A stretch of 64,000 nt of DNA. Source: Nemertoderma westbladi (lineage: Eukaryota > Animalia > Xenacoelomorpha). How positions within the stretch are numbered: position 1 is the stretch's first letter; every line of letters starts with the position of its first letter. Of this stretch, positions 11,901 through 25,479 are shown one piece after another. Under the pieces are notes generated by a model, which had not been told where the DNA came from, did not search any database, and worked only from the letters and a program-made list of their open reading frames with translations. The stretch lies in contig JAUCBJ010007809.1 of assembly GCA_032718475.1 (NCBI GenBank), positions 22,115 to 86,114 of the forward strand. The letters are read 5' to 3'. The position numbers were made by a program, and so were the translations under genes.

Positions 11901-14171
11901 CTAGGGATCGTGTGGAATAGAGAGATGGACAAGCTAAAGTACCAGTTAAGCCAGGAGGGCGCAGACATCCACACAAAAAGGGGCTATGTGTCGTACATAG
12001 CGAGGATATACGATCCCTTAGGCCTAGCATCCCCATTATTAGTCACGGGGAAGCAGATACTCAAGAGAGTATACAAACTAAAGGACGAGTGGGGCATAGA
12101 GGTACCAGAGGAGATCAAGAAACAGCAAGAAACAGTGGTGCAAGTGGACAGAAAGTTTGGAGCAAATGGGAACATACAACATGCCACGAGTGTATTTCCC
12201 GGATGGGGACATGACAAATCTGGATCTGCACATGTTCTCCGATGCGTCACTAGAGGCATACAGAGCGGCACTCTATTTAGTAGAACAAGAGGGGGCCCAC
12301 AACCCCAGACTCGCCTTCAGCAAGGCGAAGTCGACGCCACCAGATTCAGCATCGGTTCCGAAACTCGAGTTAACAGCTGCGAGGCTAGGAGTTAGGGCCA
12401 CAGCCTACATAATGGACACTATTCCTAACATAGTGGAAACACATAACTGGGCGGACTCCATGGTAGTGCTTGGTTGGCTACATAACGAGAGGACGAGATA
12501 CCCTATATTCGTCACAAATAGGGTGGACGAAATAAGGGCGACTACAAAACTAGAAAGGTGGCACTACTGCCCAACAGACGAGAACCCAGCGGACTTGTTA
12601 TTGAGGGGCGTGGCACGCCACACTTTCTTGAAGAAGGAAGTACTGTGGCAACACGGACCTCAGTTTCTGAACGATAAGGAGGCCTGGCCGCCGATGAGAA
12701 AGGTGGACCTGGGCTCAGGAGAAGCAGCATTAGAGGGAGAAGAGGAAGGTTCAGAGGAAGAAGAGATATACTCCCAGATGGTGAGGGAGATAAGGGACGT
12801 GCAACCAAAACCAGGAGAACTGTGCGATAACCCAATGGATAAACTCTTTAGCTACAGTTCTAGTTGGTACAAGACCAATAAATTAGTGGCATACTGGAGG
12901 TGGAGAGCCTTCGGGGATTTCCTCATGGGAGTCGACAGGGACGTAAAAGTTAAAACAACAATCGATCTAGAAGGGTCGGCCAAAGCAATCATCCGCTATG
13001 AGCAAAGGAAGAACTACGGGGACGAGGTGGAACGCGTCGGTAAACAACGGCATCTCCGATGGGACAGCGAGCTGATCACGCTGTCACCACAACTTAATGA
13101 TGACGGGATTCTAGCAATGAACTCCAGGGTGGGATACATCAACAGTATTGTCGTACCACCGAAGCCCATCATCATCCCCTCAGGATCGCCAATAGTCCAC
13201 CAGAATATCTGGGACTCCCACAAGTCGATATTGCACGGGGGCACCAACCGAACCCTCATGGAGATACGGAGGACCTTTTGGGTCAAACAGTTGAGGAAGA
13301 AGGTAAAGGCGGTAGTGGGGCAGTGCCAGACCTGCCGACGAGCGAAGAAGGAGAGAGCATACAGGAGATGGCACCACTACCCGCGAGTGGAGTAAGACAG
13401 CACGACCCGCCATTTACGCATTGCGGTGTGGACATGTTCGGGCCGATAAAGATTAAGGTGATGCGGTACACGGAGAAACGCTACGGTATAATATTCGTAT
13501 GTAATAACACGCGGGCGGTAGGGATAGAACTTGCCCAAGATGCAACCACATCAGCATTCATTAATGCTCTAGAAAGGTTTAGAGAACGCAAAGGTGGGAC
13601 GGTGGCGGTAATATATTCTGACAGCGGCAACAACTTTGTGGGGGCGGAGAACGAGATGGCAGAGGCCTTGGATATCCTGGAAGGGGAGGAAGTCAGGGCA
13701 GCCATGAGAAGACGACAAGTAAAGTGGGAGAGGAGGACGCCATATGCCCCGCATACCCTAGGGTGCGTTGAGAGACTAGTGGGTAGTTCCAAGCACCTAA
13801 TAACAAAGTTGATGAACACCCACATGGTTACGGAGGACATACTAAGGACAGTACTTGCAAAGTGTGAGGGTATGATTAATAGCAGACCGCTATATCCAGA
13901 GAATGATGACCCGGAGTCACTAGACGCTCCACAGACGAAATAAGTGGAGGAGCACGAACAGAGAGAGACAGAGGGTGATCTCGTGATCGTCATGGATGAT
14001 ACTATCATCAACAACCAGTGGTGGTTGGCGAGAGTTGTAGGCGCTTACCCCGATGAGGATGGAAGATTCCGATTGGTAGAAGTGCGGATAGGTGGCAAGA
14101 TAGGTGCGAAAGACAGGAAGACCTACAGGAGGGCTGTAGGGAAGTGCTGTCTTCTAAAGGGGGCACCTTAG
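8964..14171 (+). pseudogene. Bel/Pao gag-pol pseudogene
   Basis: Fragments with FDGSRPEEY (gag), LVDSGA (protease), FSDAS (RNase H) and VDMFGP/SDSG/VERL (integrase); many stops and frameshifts. Confidence 0.92.
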
Positions 14172-14821
14172 AATAGAGTAAGAGATGTGTTTAGTCTTCC
14201 AAGTCTTGGACTGAGGGGGGTGGGATTGAGGGCGAGACGCCCTTCCCACACAAAATAAAAAAAAAATAAAAAAAAAATAACAGAGCGAGTGAGAGAGTTT
14301 GAAATGGCAGGGAAGCTGATCAGAAAGAGAAAAGCGGAGTCAGGAGGAAAGGAGATACGGAGATAAGGAGATAAGGAGAAAGGATGACAACGAGTTCGGA
14401 GAGATGCCGCCCATCGGGAGGTTGGGCCACTCGGACACAGACTGGGTTGGCGGGAGGGTGGTGACGGCCAGTGGGGCAAGAGCCTTCTGGGATAGACCCG
14501 GCAAGCGGGCCTGGGTGCATTAGGAGCCGGCGATGGATTTCGCGGGGAGCACCATCAGGTTGGGTGAACAACTGGGGATGGCACCACGGGTAGTATTCGG
14601 GGAGACGATGCCCGTGAGGGGCAAGGAGATCGACGTGGGCAGGGACACTAACGTCCAGAAGTTCGCTCGTCAGCGACTTCACAGACCGCGGAGATCGCTT
14701 GGGACGAAGGACGACATGGGGCGGGAGACATGGGTGCTTGGCTGCGATTACTGTGGGAGGCAAACCCACCAGGAAAGGAGCTGTTTGTACCGGTTCCAGA
14801 AAGGAACTAGTTGTCTCTACT

Positions 14822-17506
14822 CACCCTGGGGCTGAATACAGATTTAGTCGAAAAAATTAGGTCAAGAATTTCGGTTATATTTTGTGACTCTTTGACCCAA
14901 AACGATCCGATTTCGCGAAAAATTAAAAAAAATTATCGAAGAAAATTTTATTTATAAGTAATTTAATATTTATTTAATACTTATAAATATTAGTCACCAA
15001 TAAATTAATTAGCCCATGGATATATCATGGAAATTTGGAGTCTATGTGTTAAAGTAATGCAAAAAAACAAAAATGTAAAAAAATTTCTCGATATATATTT
15101 TAGTTATTAGTAATTTAATAATTATTTAATATTAACAAATATTAGTTTTCAAAAATAAATTAGCCCATGGATATGGAAAGAAAAAATGGTGTCTATATGT
15201 TAAAGTAATGCGAAAAATCCAAAAATTAAAAAAAAATAACGATATAATATATTTTAGGTATTGATATTTACTTATTATAAATAATTATAAATATCAATTA
15301 GTATTTTAATAATCATTATTTTCAATAATTATTAAAATATGTGTACATGGAATATCATTATACTAATGCAGAAAACTGAAGTTTATTAAAAATATATATA
15401 TATTATAAAATTGATTTATATTTATTTAACAATATTAATATTTATTGTACATTATAAATAATACTTTAGTTTATTTACAAATGTTTAGAGTTATATTCTT
15501 GAACGGCTCGTAACAGATGTTCAGAGTACTTTGGGTGTATCAAGGGTACCTTATGTATTTTGACCAGGAACTAGTCTGAAAGTCTGAATGTATCGATATT
15601 AAAGGAATATATATATTAAATATTAAAGGAAACATTACATTAATTGGAATAATTTTTACAAGTATTAAACATCACTACTGTATATTTATAATTTTGTACT
15701 AACCATGCACGCACACCCACACCTGTTATTTCATCTCTAATGGAGACGTGGAGACATACAAAATAAAGAAATAATTAGTTAAATTTAAACTCAAAACAAT
15801 AATGATTTATGACCAAAATGCCAATGGCCTCCTGCCTGCCAGATACATTGTAAATTAATACTGATAGGTAGACAGGAGTAGAGGCAGCTATTGTATGTTT
15901 ACTCTGCTGTTGCTGGACATCTGGAGTGGGTGGGTTTTAATATCTGTAATTGTGTTTGATAAATAATAAAGCAGGTAGTGATTGTCTGGGGGGGGGGGGG
16001 GGGGGTATTTGTTCTACACAACATACTTGGTTGGCATTCAGCATATCATCATACTATTTATAATTTGAGAATGTATGAAAGTTACTATATGCCAGATTTA
16101 AGTTTTAATTATTTCGTTTCAATTTCTTATAATGCAACCAACCACCCACACATCGCAGACACACCTAAATAACACTACTAATAATTAATTTGAAAATTAT
16201 ATATAATTATTAAATATCAATAACTAAAATATATGTGGCTGGCCACGAGAAAAGGGACCTTATGTCGCAAAACCTGATTCTGAGATAATCGCGTTTAAAG
16301 TTTCCCTCTATTTTTGGACAAATTTAATTGGATTATCAATTTAGAAATGTATAAAACGATGAGGGAAATTCAAATTGGTTCTGATATTCAATATACCTAG
16401 GAAATAACTAATTACAGGAAGCAATATAAGATGCTGCAGTGTTGTATATAACACTGTCTTAGGGTTTTCATGTCTGAATTTAGGACTGAAATAAATTCTA
16501 CTACTGTAATATGTAGGTACTGTAGGCCTACAGTTATTTTTTAAATGCAATACAGTATAGCTATCATTTTCTTAATTTCTCTTCGTTTGTTCTGAAATTT
16601 CGTAATCCCAATAAAGAATTCAAAATACAAATAATTTGAAATTTTGTTAAACAAATTTATCTTTTTGAAAAAATTTTAAATTAAAAAAAAAATTTTTTTG
16701 GTTACATGTTTTTTTGAAAATTTTGCCAAAATTTTTTTAAAATAGTTCATGAACAATATTAATAGTTTCAAAGTGTTAAAAGTTGTATAAAATGCCGAAT
16801 AACATTGAGCTGCCTAACTATATAGTAAGAATTGCTATGATATTATTAATATTTTCAATTTTTTTAATAATCGCTTATTATAACCGCTATTAATAAAATT
16901 TTTTTTGCTACCCGATTCACCTTCACATAAATCACTATAACTTTTTTTTGGAAATAGATATTGAGACACCGTTTTTTTTGTTAAAATCTCTGGAAAATTC
17001 TGCATCTCATAGGCCTAATAACTCAAAATCGACCTCCGGTGACATAAGGTCCCTTTTCTCGTGGCCAGCCACATATATCGATGTTTTTTTAAACTTTTTC
17101 GATTTTTTGAATTACTTTAACACATAGACTCAATTTTATTTTGTTTTATCCATGGGCTAATTCATTTTTAGAAATTAATACTTTTTAGTATTAAATAATT
17201 AATAAATTATTAATAACTAAAATATATATTGATAAATTTTTTTACATTTTTGTTTTTTTGCATTACTTTAACACATAGACTCCAAATTTCCATGATATAT
17301 CCATGGGCTAATTAATTTATTGGTTTATTGGTGACTAATATTTATAAGTATTAAATAAATATTAAAGTACTTATAAATAAAATTTTCTTCGATAATTTTT
17401 TTTAATTTTTCGCGAAATCGGATCGTTTTGGGTCAAAGAGTCACAAAATATAACCCAAATTCTTGGGCTAATTTTTTCGACTAAATTTGTATTCAGCCCC
17501 AGGGTG
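14822..17506. mobile_element. Non-autonomous long-TIR DNA transposon, Chapaev/CMC-like
   Basis: CACCCTGGGGCTGAATAC...GTATTCAGCCCCAGGGTG ends, >400-bp AT-rich inverted arms with internal subrepeats, and 4-bp TSD TACT. The empty site is visible in copy 3 (~40960). Confidence 0.85.
16234..17073. mobile_element. MITE (840 bp) nested in the right arm of the Chapaev-like element
   Basis: Perfect 33-bp TIR TGTGGCTGGCCACGAGAAAAGGGACCTTATGTC in a TA run; the TSD is TA or TATA; superfamily unresolved. Confidence 0.85.
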
Positions 17507-18821
17507 TACTGCCACGAGTCAAGTCACAGGATGGGGGCGTGTCCACGGTTGCATAACCGATGTTTGAAGTGTAACTTTCGGGGGCACTACGGACGCCAGT
17601 GCGACTGGATGGACGAAGAAGATAAGTTTAGGATCTTCGAGGAGTGGGCCGACGTCGGTGCCATGACACGGCAACGTAGGAAGGCCCAGGAGTTCCGGTG
17701 GGGTTTCAATATTAATCAGGAGGCCCACCTGGAGATTATTAAGCGAAGACTTCCATTTACCTATCAGGAGGTAGCAATGGCGGCGTCGTATGTTGGGGTG
17801 ATAAATACGCAGAGGTATTTGGACAGGTGGACGTCACAGAACCGAGGGGAGTTCAGAGATTTCTTGGCGGAGCATGTGCCGCGGGCGATGAAAATGATCC
17901 TATGGGACACCACCAGGGGGAGACAACAGGGCCTCTCAGAGGGGCCACCCACGAAGCGATACCGGGAACTGATAACACCAGCTCCCAAGGAGTCGACGAC
18001 CGGGATTAGTAAAGAGGTGACGGCGAAGTTCAGGAGCCTGAAAGCAGACAAGACCAAAGGAGCGGCAGCAGCCAGGAAACGACCAATGGAGGAAGACGAT
18101 AGAGGGAAAGAGTTAAGGTGGTTCCCAAAGGCGAGCGGAACGAACTAGAGAACTAGGGATGTGACATGCCTGGAAGGCACCACGCAAAACGTGCAAACTC
18201 CTAAGTACAAATTCAAGTAATCTAAATAATTGAAAAGTGCAATTAGTATGTACGTATGTAGCAATCATTATTAGTTTAGCAAGTAAATACAATCGAAGTA
18301 AGTACTATAGCTGTATAACCTTTTTCTCAATTAGCTACTGGGACTGGGGACCAATAGACTATAATACTATCACGGACGAGACACTGGACGACATCACACT
18401 TCTTGAGTGCGACGGCACGGGAGGAGGGTGAAGCTCGTCAGGAGTGAGTGGCTGAGATAGGGGTTGAGTAACAGCGTAATGAGAGTGCGGGTGCAATTCA
18501 AGTGTGGGGGGGGGGGGAGGAATAAGAGGCTGAGTGAGGGACAGGGATGTCCGAAAGTTAGAGCGGAAGTGAGAAGAAGTAGAGGAGAGTCAGTGTGAGA
18601 ACAGAGTGGAGTTGGAGTGGCGAAAGTGTTGGGGAAACAAAAGTCGTGTGAGAGGAGCGCGCGATCGGCCCGACACGGGACGTCAGGTAAACAGGGTAGC
18701 GATATCATACCCATAGGGGGGCGGCCTGGAAAGCCAGCTCCGGAAAAATAATTCCACCCCACACCCGATGTTAGATCGGGATCCAACGGAATTGTAGCGC
18801 ACTAGGGGGGGGGGGGGGGGG

Positions 18822-19371
18822 TGTTAGCGTATTCAATTCCGTTAACCAGGCCCACACAAAGTTGGTTTTTAGGCAATATTGGGAGCACGAGGTTGGTTAC
18901 CAATCAACCTCGTGCCACCCAATAAGCGGGGGCAATAGGCCCCAAAGGAGACACACACAAAGGGGGTCAGAGGTTATACCTCCAGGGGAGAGAGTGACAG
19001 TAGCGGGGGGAGAAGAGAGTAAAGGGCGACAACAGGGTTATTAGCCAATGGGGGGAAGGCATCGCCTGGGTAGTGCAATACGGCAATATATTACCAGCTA
19101 CCATGTTATCATTCAGTAGTTATCTCATTCTGTTAGTCGGTTAGTTAGGGCAGAGCCGTGACTCTAATACCGTCCACTGCTGCCATCATTCACTTATATT
19201 TTATATCTCATTCAATACTGCAATAACTGTGTTTGTGCTTATCCTATTATATTTATACTGCTACAGCGTCAACAATATTAGAACTCTTAATCTCACACTT
19301 TTCACTCACACGGCGGGGACGAATAATTGGAACAACCGGATAAACCGGGATCCTCCGTGGATTCCGTCACA
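18822..19371 (+). repeat. 3' LTR of Bel/Pao family C, copy 1
   Basis: TGTTAGC...GTCACA after the poly-G PPT; inverted near-identical copy at 39094-39654. Confidence 0.92.
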
Positions 19372-20664
19372 AATACGATGAAACTATAATAAATATTCTA
19401 GAACACCACAATATTAACAGGGAGATAGGCTACTTATCTCTCCACTCAGAAAGCCACAGAAAGGCGGTGTTCTGACACAATCAAAATTCATCCATCTCCA
19501 GCGGAAAGACGTAGCAAATAACAGCTTATTACTTCTATAAATGTAAGTGTTACCTGTTCTTTTGACGTTCATTTAAGATTCTCTCTCTCGTGGAGTGGGA
19601 TATAAGTTATAAATATGAAAATCGATATGGTTTTTGAAAAAAATCAGAGGATATTTTGATAAAATATTGCAGAAAAACACCAGTGATTTTGATATGGCTT
19701 TAATACTTCATTATGTTCATGAAATAGCTGAGATATTTGAGGTGAATTATTGCATTACATAATAACTTTAGCTCCAGCCACTTTAGCAATACGATGAAAC
19801 AATAACAAGTATTCTATAACACAACAATATTAATAGGGAGATAGGCTACTTATCTCTCCACTCATACAACCACAGATAGGGGGTGTTCTGACACAATCAA
19901 AATTCATTCATCTTCAGCGGAAAGACGTAGCAAATAACAGCTGACTACTTCTATAATTGTAAGTGTTACCTGTTCTTTTGACTTTCATTTAATATTCTCT
20001 ATCTCGTGGAGTAGGATAGAAGTTATAAATATGAAAATCGATATGGTTTTTGAAAAAAATCAGAGGATATTTTAATAAATTATTGCAGAAAAACACCAGT
20101 GATTTTGATATGGCTTTAATACTTCATTATGTTCATGAAATAGCTGAGATATTTGAGGTGAATATTGCATTAGTTAACTTCAGCTCCAGTCACTTTGGCA
20201 ATACAATGAAACTGTAATAAATATTCTAGAACACAACAATATTAACAGGGAGATAGGCTACTTATCTCTCCACTCAGACAGCCACAGATAGGGGGTGTTC
20301 TCACACAATCAAAATTCAACCATCTCCAGCAGAAAGACGTAGCATATAACAGCTGATTACTGCTATAAATGTAAGTGTTACCTGTTCTTGTGACTTTCAT
20401 TTAAGATTCTCTATCTCTTGGAGTGGGTTAGAAGTTATAAATATGAAAATCGATATGGTTATAGTAAAGAATCAGAGGATATTTTGAAAAATTATTGCAG
20501 AAAAATTCAAAGGATTTTGACATGGCTTTAATACTTCATTATGTTCATGAAATAGCTGAGAAATTTGAGGTGAATTATTGTATTATGAGTTAAGTTCAGC
20601 TCCAGTCACTTTGGCAATACGATGAAACTATTATAAATATTCTAGAACACAACAATATTAACAC
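19372..20664 (-). repeat. 417-bp satellite, - orientation
   Basis: About 3 reverse-complement monomers. Confidence 0.95.
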
Positions 20665-22930
20665 GTAACACTTACATTTATAGAAGTAATCAGCTGTTAA
20701 TTGCTACGTCTTTCCGCTGGAGATGGATGAATTTTGATTGTGTCAGAACACCCCTTATCTATGGCTGTCTGAGTGGAGAGATAAGTAATACTTATTATTA
20801 AGTATCCTGTATCCGTGTTAATATTGTTGTGTTCTAGAATATTTATTATAGTTTCATCTTATTGCCAAAGTGACTGGAGCTGAAGTTAACTCATAATACA
20901 ATAATTCACCTCAAATTTCTCAGCTATTTCATGAACATAATGAAGTATTAAAGCCATGTAAAAATCCTTGGTATTTTTCAGCAATAATTTATCAAAATCT
21001 CCTCTGATTCTTTACTATAACCATATCGATTTTAATATTTATAACTTCTAACCCACTCCACATGATAGAGAATCTTAAATGAAAGTCAAAAGAACAGGTA
21101 ACACTTAATTTATAGCAGTTATCAGCTGTTATATGCTATGTATTTCCGCTCGAGATGAAAGAATTTTGATTGTGTCAGAACAGCCCCTATCTGTGGTTGT
21201 ATGAGTGGCGAGATAAGTATCCTATCTCCCTATTAATATTGTTGTGTTCTAGAATATTTTTTATAGTTTCATCGTATTGCCAAAGTGACTGGAGCTGAAG
21301 TTAACTCATAATACAATAATTCACCTCAAATATCTCAGCTATTTCATGAACATAATGAAGTATTAAAGCCATGTCAAAATCATTGGTGTTTTTATGTAAT
21401 AATTTATCAAAATATCCTCTGATTTTTTTCAAAAACCATATCGATTTTCATATTTATAACTTCTATCCCACTCCACGAGATAGAGAATCTTAAATGAACG
21501 TCAAAAGAACAGGTAACACTTACATTTATAGAAGTAATCAGCTGTTAATTGCTACGTCTTTCCGCTGGAGATGGATGAATTTTGATTGTGTCAGAACACC
21601 CCTTATCTGTGGCTGTCTGAGTGGAGAGATAAGTATCCTGTTTCCGTGTTAATATTGTTGTGTTCTAGAATATTTATTATAGTTTCATCTTATTGCCAAA
21701 GTGACTGGAGCTGAAGTTAACTCATAATACAATAATTCACCTCAAATTTCTCAGCTATTTCATGAACATAATAAAGTATTAAATCCATGTCAAAATCCTT
21801 GGTATTTTTCTGCAATAATTTATCAAAATATTCTCTGATTTTTTTCAAAAACCATATCGATTTTCTTATTTATATCTTCTAACCCTCTCCACGAGATAGA
21901 TAATCTTAAATGAAAGTCAAAAGAACAGGTAACACTTACATTTATAGAAGTAATCAGCTGTTCTTTGCTTCGTCTTTCCCCTGGAGATGGATGAATTTTG
22001 ATTGTGTCAGAACACCCCCTATCTGTGGCTGTATGAGTGGAGAGATAAGTAGCCTATCTCCCTATTAATATTGTTGTGTTCTAGAATATTTGTTATAGTT
22101 TCATCGTATTGCCAAAGTGACTGGAGAGTTGAAGTTAACTCATAATACAATAATTCACCTCAAATATCTCAGCTATATATCTCAAATATCTCAAATATCT
22201 CACTCCAAGAGATAGAGAATCTTAAATGAAAGTCACAAGAACAGGTAACACTTACATTTATAGCAGTAATCAGCTGTTATATGCTACGTCTTTTTGCTGG
22301 AGATGGTTGAATTTTGATTGTGTCAGAACACCCCTTATCTGTGGCTGTCTGAGTGGAGAGATAAGTATCCTGTTTCCGTGTTAATATTGTTGTGTTCTAG
22401 AATATTTATAATAGTTTCATCGTATTGCCAAAGTGACTGGAGCTGAACTTAACTCATAATACAATAATTCACCTCAAATTTCTCAGCTATTTCATGAACA
22501 TAATGAAGTATTAAATCCATGTCAAAATCCTTGGTATTTTTCTGCAATAATTTATCAAAATATCCTCTGATTTTTTCAAAAACCATATCGATTTTCTTAT
22601 TTATATCTTCTAACCCTCTCCACGAGATAGATAATCTTAAATGAAAGTCAAAAGAACAGGTAACACTTATATTTATAGAAGTAATCAGCTGTTCTTTGCT
22701 TCGTCTTTCCCCTGGAGATGGATGAATTTTGATTGTGTCAGAACACCCCCTATCTGTGGCTGTATGAGTGGAGAGATAAGTAGCCTATCTCCCTATTAAT
22801 ATTGTTGTGTTCTAGAATATTTGTTATAGTTTCATCGTATTGCCAAAGTGACTGGAGAGTTGAAGTTAACTCAATAATACAATAATTCACCTCAAATATC
22901 TCAGCTATATATCTCAAATATCTCAAATAT
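20665..22930 (+). repeat. 417-bp satellite, + orientation
   Basis: About 5.5 monomers, including a duplicated deletion junction (TATCTCAAATATCTC) at ~22180 and ~22910. Confidence 0.95.
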
Positions 22931-23475
22931 TGTGACGGGATCCAGATGGGATCCCGGTTTATCCGGTTTGTCAGTTCACGCGTCCCCGCCGTGTGTGAAG
23001 AGTAAAAGAGTTTCGGATGTTCGACGTGTATAATGTTTGGGTATATGGATGTAGATACGGTATAATGGTGGACAAAGTTATTGCATATGGAAGGTGGGAG
23101 ACGGTAATTGAAATCCCGGTACTTCCCTAACTAAACTATTGTAAGCTACAGTAACACCAGTAACTAGCACTGAGATAACTGAACTGGTATGATTACAGGT
23201 TACTGGTTATATTGCACGGTGGCCTTATTGCTACTCAATCGATGCCTTTCCCCCCTCCTGATTGGTTGATACCCTTGTTGGCGCCTTTGGAGTGATCCCC
23301 TTCACTCCACCTGTTCTCTCTGGGTTAGGGGTTTGGCCCCTGACCCTCATTGTGTGGTTCACCTTCCCATTTTGTTGGGGTGACACGAGTTGGTTATTAC
23401 CCCAATCTCGTGGCCCCCAATATTGCTTATCGGCTTAACTTTTATGGGATGTTAGCGGGATTGAATAAGCTAACA
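22931..23475 (-). repeat. 3' LTR of the full-length Bel/Pao element
   Basis: Direct repeat of 36656-37200 with TG...CA termini. Confidence 0.97.
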
Positions 23476-24157
23476 CTCCCCCCCATGCTATCTTCCCGGT
23501 AAGAAGATAGCATCAACCAAAAAGTGCGCTACAATCCCGCTGGATCCCGATCTAGCATCGGGTGTGGGGTGGAAATCTTTTCTCGGAGCCGGCTTTCCAG
23601 GCCGCTCCCTATGGGTATGATAACGCTACCCTGTATGCCTGGCGTCCCATGTCGGGCCGATCGCGCTCACCTCTCACGCAACTTTTGTTTCCCCAACACT
23701 TTCGCCCTATCTCTTCTCCACTCTCACCCTAACTCTCTCACACCCTCGGACCTTCTCGTCCCTCACTCAGCCTCTTATTCTCCCCCCCCCCACACTAGAA
23801 TTGCGTCCGCACTCTTTCCGCACTTCGCACTATCACTCCGTCCCTCAACCCCACTTTGACTATCTCGTCCCTTCTGACGAATCTCACCCTCCTTCCGTGC
23901 CGTCGCACTCAGGAAATGTGAAATCGTCTTATGTCTCGTCCATAGTCCCATAGTCAGTTGTCCTCCCAGTCCCAGTAGCTAATTGAGAAAGGTTGTATGA
24001 CTATAGTACTTACTCCGATCGTATATATTTTATTGCTAAACTACTGATTACTACGTACGTACATATAATTGCACTTATTTGATTATTTACATTAATTAAA
24101 TTTGTACATAGTTCGCACGTCTCACGTGGCGCCTTCCAGGCGCACTACATCAAAGCC

Positions 24158-25090
24158 TCAGTCCATCCCTCCTTGGCGTCCGTGGTGTCCCCGAAAGTTG
24201 CACTTCGGACATCGGTTCTGCAACCGTGGACACGCTCCCATCCTGTGGCTCGACTCGCGGCAGTAGAGACAACTAGTCCCTTTCTGGAACCGGTACAAAC
24301 AGCTCCTTTCCTGGTGGGTCTGTCTCCCACAGTAGCCGCAACCGAGTACCAATGTCTCCCGCCCCACGTCGTCTTTCATCCCAAGCGATCTCCGCAGTCT
24401 GTGGAGTTGCTGATAGGCGAACTTCTGGACGTTAGCGTCCCTGTCTACGTCGATCTCCTCGCCCCTCCCGGGCATCGTCTCTCCTAATGCTACCCGTGGT
24501 GCCATCCCCGGTTGCTCGCCCAACCTGATAGTGCTCCCCGCGAAATCCATCGCCGGCTCCTCATGCACCCAGGTCCGCTTGCCGGATCTGTTCCAGAAGG
24601 CCCTCGCCCCACTGGCCGTCACCACCCTTCCGCCAACCCTGTCCGTGTCTGAGTGGCCTATCCTCCCGATGGGCGGCATCTCTCCGAACTCGTCGTCGTC
24701 CTCCTCCTCCTCTGGCAGTGGCTTCAACCCCGGTATCCAGGTGGACCCACTATATCCCTTCCCGCCTTGGTTCTTGCCCGTAACTCTCCATACCTCAAGC
24801 TCCCCTAGCCCCCTTTGCGGTTGGTCGCCCTCGGCGCCCGCTGGTATGGGCATCACTTGCAATCCCGACGTCGACTGTTTCGGTGATCCCACCGTCCACC
24901 CTAGTTCTTTCCCTAGAGACTCCCCCGAACTCCCTGACGAAGCCCAACGAAGTTCGTCTAAGGCTGCTTGTTCCTCGAAGCCGTAGCTCTGCGCCCTAGC
25001 TTCCTCCTCCCTCTCCTCTGCTTCTCTCCTCTCTCACAAGTTTGCCTGCCATCTCGAACTCTGCCCGGTCGCTCACCCGTAAGTGGTGCC
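24158..25090 (-). pseudogene. Internally deleted ORF2 of family B (CCHC zinc-knuckle protein)
   Basis: EFEMAGKL start homologous to copy 3; knuckles CGYCGRQTHQERSC, CLYCRESSHRMGAC and CPKCNFRGH. The exonuclease part and C-terminal domain are missing. Confidence 0.75.
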
Positions 25091-25479
25091 TTGCCAAGGC
25101 GCAAACGTGATGAGTGATGGGTTTAGGTGGTTTAAGCTCAGTTCGATGGCCTATCTCTTTCTGAATTTCTGAGTTATTGCCTATTCTTACTACTGTTACC
25201 ATAATTTGTCCCCCTTCTTAGCCCTATTCTTATTCTAATTTTATTTTGATTTTGATTTCAATCCTACTACCTTATTGTTTCCTATTACTTGCTACTGCCT
25301 ATGGATTATTCTATCTCCTAATCCAACATTCTGGCCTACTCTGTGGGCCTGTGCAGTACAGCAGTATATGTCGCGCGGCCTACACGATCTTTCCAACTGT
25401 ACTCCTATGCCCCCCTCTTGCTACTAACTGCTAACTAATATCTATATTCTATATACCCTTCTACCTCTTACTCTTTCTC

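Larger units (their letters stand above)
14289..18148 (+). pseudogene. ORF2 of Bel/Pao copy 1 (exonuclease part deleted, CCHC region split by an insertion)
   Basis: Matches 40322-42162 except for a ~710-bp deletion at 14358/14381 and the insertion at 14822-17506. Confidence 0.8.
8964..19371 (+). mobile_element. 5'-truncated, RT-deleted Bel/Pao element (family C, copy 1)
   Basis: Colinear with the 26537-31996 polyprotein; the RT core is deleted at ~11705. Poly-G PPT precedes the LTR at 18822-19371. Confidence 0.92.
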
